From assembly GCF_036321535.1 (NCBI RefSeq), contig NC_087473.1, forward strand, positions 14,384,001 through 14,448,000: DNA of 64,000 bases, written 5' to 3'. The position numbers were made by a program, and so were the translations under genes. Below the pieces are notes generated by a model. It was given only the letters and a program-made list of their open reading frames with translations. It did not search any database and was not told the DNA's origin. This stretch comes from Camelus dromedarius. Lineage: Eukaryota. Position 1 is the first letter of the stretch, and every line of letters starts with the position of its first letter. Positions 1 through 7,921 of this stretch are shown piece after piece.

Positions 1-171
1 GAGGCCACGGTGGTGGGGTGGGGGGATGCGGGGAGGAGGGGGCCGGGTGTCCCCGAGGGCCGGGTGCGAGCAGCGGGAGAGCGGAAGGGGAAGTGGTTCA
101 TCCCTGCCGGGCAGGCCAGCTCAGGTGGCCGGGAAGAGCCGTCACTCTTCTCCTGCTGTTGGGCGTGGCAG

Positions 172-1424
172 GCGCAGGAACTGGGCCGCCCCGAGTACCG
201 CTGCAGGTTGATGTTCTTCTTCCGGAGCAACCCCTACTTCTGCAACCAAGTGATCCTTAAGGAGTATCACCTTAGCTTCGCAGGTAGGCGGGCTGTCCCG
301 GGATGGGGGAAGGCGGCGGGGCGGGGCGGTGTGTGCCCGGGAGGCCTTGGATGCTGGGCCAGCGGGATCCCTCCCCTCAGCGTATGCCCCGCTCTTCCTC
401 TAGGCTACAGGGCGTATAGTTCCACTCCAGTGCAGTGGTTCTGGGATTACGAACGGGGAGCCCCCAGCCGCAGGCAGGACGCCGTCAGCCTTAACTTCCT
501 CAACTGGTTGTCAGGCCACGACTGCCCCGGGTCTGACAGGATTGCTGAGGTGGGGGTCCCCCGGGGCCTGGTCGGAAATGGCGACGTCGGCGGTGGCCAG
601 CAGCTCGGGGAAGGGGCGTGGGCCCTGTCCCGACCTGCCCGTTCCCTCCGCCAGATCATCGTCGAGGACCTGTGGCCCAACCCCCTGCGCTACTACCCGA
701 GGGAGCAAGGCGCCGGGAGAGGTAACTGGGAGGGGGGCACGTCCCTGAGGAGCCCCGGGGCAGGGGGTGTTGGCGAAGGGTGTTTCCAGGACCCTTTCCC
801 AATCGGGGTGAGGCAGGCTGAGACAAGCCTGGGAGCGGGGCGACCCCAGGCCGCCCAGGGAGCGGGCGCGAGGGTGAGCCAGGGGCCCGGAGGACCCAGG
901 CGCACGCGCAGAGCACCGAAGCTTTCGGCTTTCGCGGAACGTCCCAGGGGTGTCCGCGAAAGGAGCGGGCCTCCTCAGGCACCCTCGTGTGCGTCGGCAC
1001 ACCCTGGCTTCGGCCCTCCCTGGGGCCTGGTCCGACTGCCTCCGCGCTTGGGATCAGCTGGGCCCCTGCGTCCGCCCCCGGCCGCCTGGCCAAGGCCTCC
1101 AGACGCTGAGGAGGTGGGCTCCCTGAATGTCCAGGCGCATCCCTCAGCGACCCGGCTCCACCCGGACGGTCCTGGAAAGGGCCGCAGGCTGTCTGGAGGC
1201 CACTGGGGAGGCGCCCGGGGAGAAAGGGCGGGGCGTGCCGCCTGTTGCGCGCCATCTCTCCGGTTGTCTGTTGGACACAGGCTGCTTCAGCTGCGCCTTG
1301 GGTTGTTCCCGTGCGTGTCCGTGTCGGTCTGTGCCCGCGTGCCCGCGAGCAGGCTTCCTCATGCGTCGGTGGTCCTGCAGAGCCAGCGGTGAAGGCGACG
1401 GAGCAGGAGAGTTCGGCCGAGTAG
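172..1424 (+). CDS. TSPY: TSPY copy 1, 5'-partial (window starts in intron 2). Exons 172-283, 404-549, 655-721; probable last exon 1381-1424
   Basis: Exon peptides [37 protein letters not shown] / [49 protein letters not shown] / [22 protein letters not shown] contain SET/NAP-domain motifs (FRSNPYF, W..DLWPNPL.YY). All are bounded by AG/GT. The last exon is inferred. Confidence 0.9.
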
Positions 1425-4400
1425 AACGAGAGCCCGGAGGCGTGTGCAGACGCGCGTGAGACCGGCGGCCGGGGTCTGGGGCGCCGGAGAGGAGCGAGGA
1501 AAGCATCGCCAGTGGAGGTTGCAGAGGGTGGGCAGCACGTACCCGGAATGAGGCCGAGAGAGACGTCAACAGGCTAACGAGTGCTCCTGTCTTGCTCGCG
1601 TGCTGTGTGATTGTCCGGGGGTCGCCGAGTGGTGATGTTCCGGCCCAGTCCGGTGGGGCTTTTGAAGCGGCTGCCCGTGTGTGGCAGAGAGGCGGGCCTG
1701 TGGGAGTGGAGGACGTGGGAAGGGCAGGCCTCGGCTGCTGCTCCGGGGAGGCCAGGTTGCCTCCGAACAGGGCAGGGTCCGGGAGCAGGAGGCAACGAAA
1801 GAGACAAGCTGGCGTGCTGGGGACCTGTTGCGCAGGCCGGGGAAGGAGACGGGGACCGGTGCTGGCGGGCAGGGGCCTCGGGGCCCGCTGTGGCTTGGGT
1901 TCAGCGTTCACCCTGCTCGCGGAGCCTCACGCAGCCCCCTCCGTCTGGGGTGTGCGCCACACGTCGGCCCCACGCCAGACGGGCGACTTCTTAAGCCCAG
2001 GGCCCCCGTCCGCCCCCAGGCGCCCCAGGAGGCAGGCTGTGAGTGTGGAATCCTTCCGGGCACGACCCCGCTCAGCCCTGGCTGGGTGGGGCTGTGCAGG
2101 ACTCCAAGCAAGTGTGAGGGAAGGCGTGTGTGAGCTGTGGCTGTGGCCCCGTGCCGGCGCGTGAGGCTGTGCGGGTGAGGGAGCAGGGGAGCAGGCGGGC
2201 AAGAGTGCCGGGCTGTTTGCGGGCAGGGGCTGGGCGAGAGCGGACAAGTCCGGCGCCTCCGGGGGCTGGGGCAGCAGCGAGAGATTGCTGGCTTTCAGGC
2301 TCCGGGGTCTTGGGGAGGGGAGGAACTGGCAGACAGGAGCCCCTTCCCCCTGCTGGAAAGGCCTCCCGGGGCGTGAGCGCCTTCCTTTCCCTGGGGTCTC
2401 CTCGTGGGGCGCAACAGTCCGAGGGGCGAAGGTCAGGGGGCGGGGCCGCAGGGCCCGCGCCGCCCCAGACCGGCAGTGAGCCGCCTCCCCTCTCTCCCAC
2501 GCCGGCGGTGAGCCGCGGCGGGGTATGCCGCTCTTCAGGCTGTGTGACACGTAGGCCGAAAGCTTCTACCCGAGTCTGCGCTGGCTAGCTAAGGGGCCCG
2601 AACGTTCAGAGTAATTCACGCTTCTCCTCGGGACACAGTCCCTGCGGCTCTGTCCTGGTCAGGGAACTGCCACCCACACGTCCCTCCAACACACAGCCCA
2701 GAGCTGCCTGGGCTCCAGGCCACCGGAAGGGGACAGTCCTGGGGCAGACAGATGTCGGGCAAGGGGCCTCTGGGAGGGATGGCGGCAGGCGGTGGCGGGC
2801 TGTTGGGGGGAGCGGGGGGCGAGTGGGCAGGGCTGGGGTGGGGGGCGGGACGGGGCGGGACGGGATGGGGAGGGCAGTCGGTGGCCAGCACCCGGCGGGG
2901 CCCTTCCCGAGGGGACAGCCGCTTTCCGGAGACACCTGAGGTCCCCGCACAAAGCTAGGCACCGTCTCCGCGGCAGCCCGGCCCGGGAGAGAGCGGCGCG
3001 TGCCCCCTCTCTCCCTCCCGGTCCCCTGCAGTCTGGCCGCGTGGTGAGCACCTCTGTCCCCGACGACACCCCACAGCTCCCCTGCTTTGCCGCACTTTGG
3101 GGGTGTGCTTGACCGACTGCCCCAGCAGAACGTTTCACGGTCGTGGAGGGTTGCGGTGGGAGGTTCATGGATCCCAGCCCTCCCTGGCCTCCCAGCGGCA
3201 CCGGCCACCCGCTGCCAGCTGCGGCCTGTCGGGTTTGGGGACCCGAAGGCCGGAGAGCCTCCGTGTACAGTCGTAGGGTGGCAGAGGTCGCCTCTTGTCC
3301 CGCTCGGGCTGCTGCTGTCCCCGCCCCTCCCCCAGGTCAGTGCCTAGGTTCCCCTGCTCGGGAGGCACGAGGGCAGCTGCGTTGCAGGGACCCTGCGGCT
3401 GGGGCCCAGCGGGTGGGCTGAGGCGGCCGCGGTGGGCGCCCCGCAGGGCCGCGGCCCCTCAGGCCTCTAGGCCTGGCCAGGGCTCTTGGGAAGGACCTGC
3501 CAAAGGGGAAAGACTCGAGGAACGACTGGGCGGTGTTCTCACAAGGCTCGCTCCACCTTTGCCGCCCCAAGCGCCCGTAGGCGCCACGGCTGGGGTCGGG
3601 TCCGGCCTGCCCTGCAGTGGAGGCGGGGAACGTGTCGAGCCTGCGACGGGTAGGGGAGGAAGGCTTACAGGCGGCCGGCCCCCGTAGGCTCGGGTGCCGT
3701 GGCCGGGCCTCGCGGTCCCACCCGGAGGACGCGACGCGGCTTAAGTGGGGTTCTGCCTGGGGCTCGGACAAAGCTCAGACGGACGTGGGACCCGGCCAAG
3801 CCTGCTGGGGCGTTTCACCCGGGCAGCCCCAGGCGCGACGACTTGTCCGGCGCGGGTCTCCCTCATCGATGGAAGTGCGCACGGGCAGGCTCCGACTGTC
3901 GCAGGACGGGTGGCGCGTACGGACGTCGGCCAGGGGCTTGCCGGTGTCCTCCGTGGAAGGGCAGTTTCTGGGTGGGCCTTGCCCGTCTTGCTCCCCCCCT
4001 TGCCGCGGGTGCGTCTGTGTCTGTTCGTCTGACTCTGGCCGGGAGCCCCCCTGTCAGATGCCCCGGCTCCCTGCCCTCCCTCACGCCTCACATGCACGCA
4101 CGTCCGTGTGCGGCTGGCGCCTTGCACGTGTCTGGCCTGTGATGCTGCGGCGCGTCCTCCGCTCTTGTCACAGGCGACCCGCGGGAGGTTCTGGGCCAGG
4201 GGGCGCCGACGGGTCACCGCCCGTCTTAAGTCGGCCCCTTGGACGTGGCCTGGCCCACCCGTGACCTGGAGCGTGTGGCCTGAGGGACGTGTAGGCCACG
4301 AGGGAGACCTGAGCCGTGGGCGTGGCCCGCGAAGAAGGATCCAGAGAGGCCGAACGGTAGCCCTGTCATTTAGGAAGCCCCTGAGGCCCCTGAGTGGTAG

Positions 4401-6140
4401 CCAGGGCTCCGGGCACACGAAACGGCATGCTGCCTTCTGCCCGAGGGAGGCGTGAACTGTGGTCCCCGGGGCCTGCAAGGTTCCCCAGGTGGCTCTGCGC
4501 GTGAGCGGGCGCGCGGGCGCGCCTACCCGGGTGTGTCGCGGCAGGCTCTGCGGCAGACGGCAGGACGGGAAGGGTGGCCACCTGACCTTTCCCTCGTCGG
4601 CTTCACTGGCTTCTTCCTTCAGACAGGCGGTGATCCCCACGTTCTTAAGGACCTCGTGTGGGACGCGTCGGCAAGAAAGCTTACACCTGGCCTTCTCGTG
4701 CTACAGCAGGACGGCTCTTGCAAAGGGCCCTGGCTGCCAGGGGCCTCCGAAGGCCGTGTGAGAGGCAACAGGAAGGCAGTTCAGGGCAGACACGTGCTCG
4801 TGCAGAGCCGTGGAGGGCACGAGCATCTCGCTGGGAAGCTCGCTGGGGGCACTGGGGCGCCCGGGCCATCGGCAGGAAGGGACGGGTGAGCTCCAAGACG
4901 GCTAGGCCCCAGTCAGCTCGAGATTCCTCTCCGCTTTGTCGGAGAGGACCAAGGGAAATGGCGTCGTGCCTGTGTGCTTCCCGCCGTCAGGCAGTCGAAG
5001 GCAGACGGGAGAGAAGCCAACCCAGGCGGGCGGAAGGCAGCGGTATCAGAAGCGAGAACAAGGACTCTCACGACGGGCTGCGGGAGCGGGGCGAGAGGGG
5101 CGCAGGTAAAAATCCTTTCCCCTGGAAACACAGACGGCGGGCAGCGTGTAGTCGTATAGGTCTGCACGCGTGCAGGCGTGCCTCCGCTCGTGCGTGCGCG
5201 TCTGGTGAGGAGGCCTGAGAGTGGGGCTCGAAGGCAGGCGTGCGTGCACGGACCCTGAAAACGTGACAGGCTTTCGAAACGGACGTCAACTCTGGGCCAG
5301 CTGGAATCACCGGGCTGCCAGAAGAGGCAGTGGGGAAGTCCCGTGCTTTCTGGAGAGACAGGGAAGGTGCGAAGGACGCAGGAAATAGGATAGGGCAGAT
5401 TGCTTGCCGCGTGCGGAAGACCAGGGCCCCCCGCCCCCGCCCTCAGAGCGACAACCGCCTTGGAACCTCGAGCTCCTTGTCGGCCGCTCACGCGTCCTGT
5501 CCTCCCTCGGAGCAGGCCGGCAGGAAACACCTTGCCTTGCTTGTTTGGTAAGGTTCGGGAGGCCGACCAGCAGCGCTGCCTTAGCGACTGGCACACACTG
5601 GCTTTGTCGGCGAGAAAGGCTGCAGTGAAGGCGAAGGCTGGGACGGGTGCTCACCTGGAGGCTGGGCGAGAGCGGAACCACCTCCAAGGGCGTTCACACT
5701 GCGGGCAGAAGTCACTTCCTTCCGTCTGCGGCGCTGAAGGCGTGCCGTGCGGTGGCCGCCGACGCGGGTGGCGTCCTGAACACCTTACTGTCTGGGCTGC
5801 CAAACACCACCGTTCGGGGGGAGGTGGGGGGTCCAGCGTGCCGGCAAACCGCGTCGTCCCTCTCCCTGTCTCTGTCTGCACAGGCTGGCCAGGGCTTCGT
5901 CTTGCGCGGTGTCGGGCGATCCCGGCGGCGACGGATGCCGGTCACCTTTGCTGGCTGGGAGAAAGGCACGGCCTGGCCGCTCTAGCACAGGAAGGGCGTC
6001 GTGCAATGGTGTGGACGCGCCCACGTCCAGACTGTGGGGTTCCGCTGGCCCGGGCGGAGAGGTCTTCTGTTTCCGGGCAGCGTGGCTTTCCGCAAGACTT
6101 TATGTGTCTGTGGGAGCTAACAGAGATCCCGGGAACGGGA

Positions 6141-6292
6141 GGGGAGGGGGCGAGGGAGGGAGGGAGGGAGCGGAAGGGGAGACACTCACACGCACACGCA
6201 CACACACGCGCACACGCAGAGACACACAGACAGAGACACGGAGAGTCACAGCAAGGGGGAGACAGGGAGAGAGAGCGAGACAAAGAGAGAGC
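6141..6292 (+). repeat. Composite low-complexity tract (GGGA)n-(CA/CACG)n-(GA)n, ~0.9-1.0 kb upstream of the ATG, once per unit
   Basis: gagggagggagggaggga...cacacgcacacgcacacacacgcgcacacgca...gagagagagcgagacaaagagagag. Length is the same in all units (the spanning 313-aa chance ORF is constant in length). Confidence 0.8.
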
Positions 6293-6785
6293 ACTCTGCT
6301 GCATGGCTTTTCTCGTCCTGAGCCCAGCAGTTCACCGCTGACAGACACTGGCTGGAAGCAGAGTACCCAGGCTGTCTTTCCCTCTGGAGCTCAGCAGAGT
6401 TCCCAGGGGGTGAAGTGGCTGCGTGAAACCGGAGCGACAGGTGGTCGGGGCTGGGGAGGGTGGAGGGCACGTGGTGGGAGGTGACAGAACCCGAAGAGGT
6501 GTCAGCGGGCCGCCGGGCAGTGCCAGAGAGATGCAAGGCCGGAGGCCTCCCTGGAGGCAGCGCGCGGCCCAGCTGCCCCCTGGAGGCTGGGCAGGGAGCT
6601 GGGCTGAACGCTGGGGCTGCGGAGGCCAGGCGGCGGGCCGGGTTCCCGGCCGGGGGGGCGGGGCCTTGCAGGGTGACGCCCACTGGCCGCTCCCCGACTG
6701 GTCGGGAGGTGGGGCGAGAGGCCTGGGCCCGACTTGACTCGGGCCTCCTTCCCGCCAAGCTCCAAATTCCCACGGGCCTGCGGGA

Positions 6786-6832
6786 GGCGGGGCGGGGGGC
6801 GGTGGGCGGGCACGAGGCCATGCGCATGCGCC
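6786..6832 (+). promoter_or_regulatory. Putative TSPY proximal promoter, copy 2: GC boxes (Sp/KLF) plus NRF1-type motif
   Basis: GGGCGG repeats followed by TGCGCATGCGCC at 6821-6832, ~320 nt upstream of the ATG. No TATA box. Two hexamer units plus one extra G. Confidence 0.6.
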
Positions 6833-7151
6833 CCAGCTGCCCGGGGGCCGCGCAGCAGGCCGCCGGGGCCGAGTGACAGCGACCCCGACCCCTGGAAGAC
6901 CCAAGCGCCGGCGCCAGCGCCGACGCGCGGGGACCTCGGCCGCTCGGCCGGCTCCTCCGGCCACGTGCTGCGCCTCCGCCTCCCGCTCCTTGCTCCTGGG
7001 CCTTGGCAGCTGCGGCTCGCAGCTCAGGGCCAGGGCCACACGGCCAGTGAGGCGGGGGCCCGGGGAAGGCGGGCCTCCCCAGGAATCCTGGGTGGCCTTA
7101 GCTGTGGGAGGGGGTCTTCAGGAGGCAGGGGCCCGCGGGCGTCCCGCTGCC

Positions 7152-7890
7152 ATGGCAGGGCTGCGGACAGAGCAGGCACTAGCGGGTGGCAGGTGCGAGG
7201 AGGCCAGCAGCCTCAGGGTGGAGGCCGTGCGGCAGGGAGCGTCGGCGGCGGCTGAGGCGGCGGCGGCGGCGGCGGCGGCGGCAGTGGCAGCTGCATCGTC
7301 GGAGGCGGAGGTTGTGGGCATGGGGGAGGCCTTGGTGCTGCTGGCGGACGACATCATGGAGGCTGTGGTGNNNNNNNNNNNNNNNNNNNNNNNNNNNNNN
7401 NNNNNNNNNNNNNNNNNNNNNNNNNNNNNNNNNNNNNNNNNNNNNNNNNNNNNNNNNNNNNNNNNNNNNNNNNNNNNNNNNNNNNNNNNNNNNNNNNNNN
7501 NNNNNNNNNNNNNNGAGGAGGTGGTGCAGGCCAAGGAGCGGGAAGAGAAGCCCCGGAAGCAGGGGCGCGCAGAGCCAGGGCGCGGACCCCCGACCTCCCT
7601 GAGCCCGCTGGAGGCCCTGGGGGCCCTTCAGTTAGAGCTGAGCGCTGTGAACGCCCAAGCCAACAGGGCCTACTTGCGGCTCAAGCGCAGGGTCCGTCGG
7701 AGGCGGGAGCCTCGTTTGGATCGAAGAAGAGCCATCATCCAGGACATCCCCGGCTTCTGGGCCAAAGCTGTATCCTTGCTGCTGCTCCTTGGGGTTGGCT
7801 GCTGCCGGAGGGCAGGAGGGGGAACAGGGCGAGAAGGAGGTTGGGCCAGGGGGAGGGGGAGGAGGAGGGCAGGCGGCAACGGGCTGGGCC

Positions 7891-7921
<31 letters not shown>

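Noticed and set aside
10-1392. 460-aa ORF (and its repeats) as a single-exon CDS
   Set aside because: It begins at a GTG in intron 2 and runs through exons 3-5 plus in-frame introns. NAP homology is confined to AG/GT-bounded segments.
3741-4640. 299-aa minus-strand ORF and other 60-260 aa spacer ORFs
   Set aside because: Non-ATG starts, overlapping ORFs in all six frames and no family motif. Only the splice-like signals were kept, as a low-confidence finding.
6180-6300. Carnivore-type SINE suggested by the GA-rich tract
   Set aside because: No tRNA-derived A/B boxes, poly(A/T) tail or target-site duplication adjacent.
5400-6341. 313-aa + strand ORF in each spacer
   Set aside because: TTG start, Arg/Gly/Ala/Pro-rich, crosses a microsatellite, and has no recognisable domain. 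Expected by chance at ~70% GC. Recurrence only reflects the tandem repeat.
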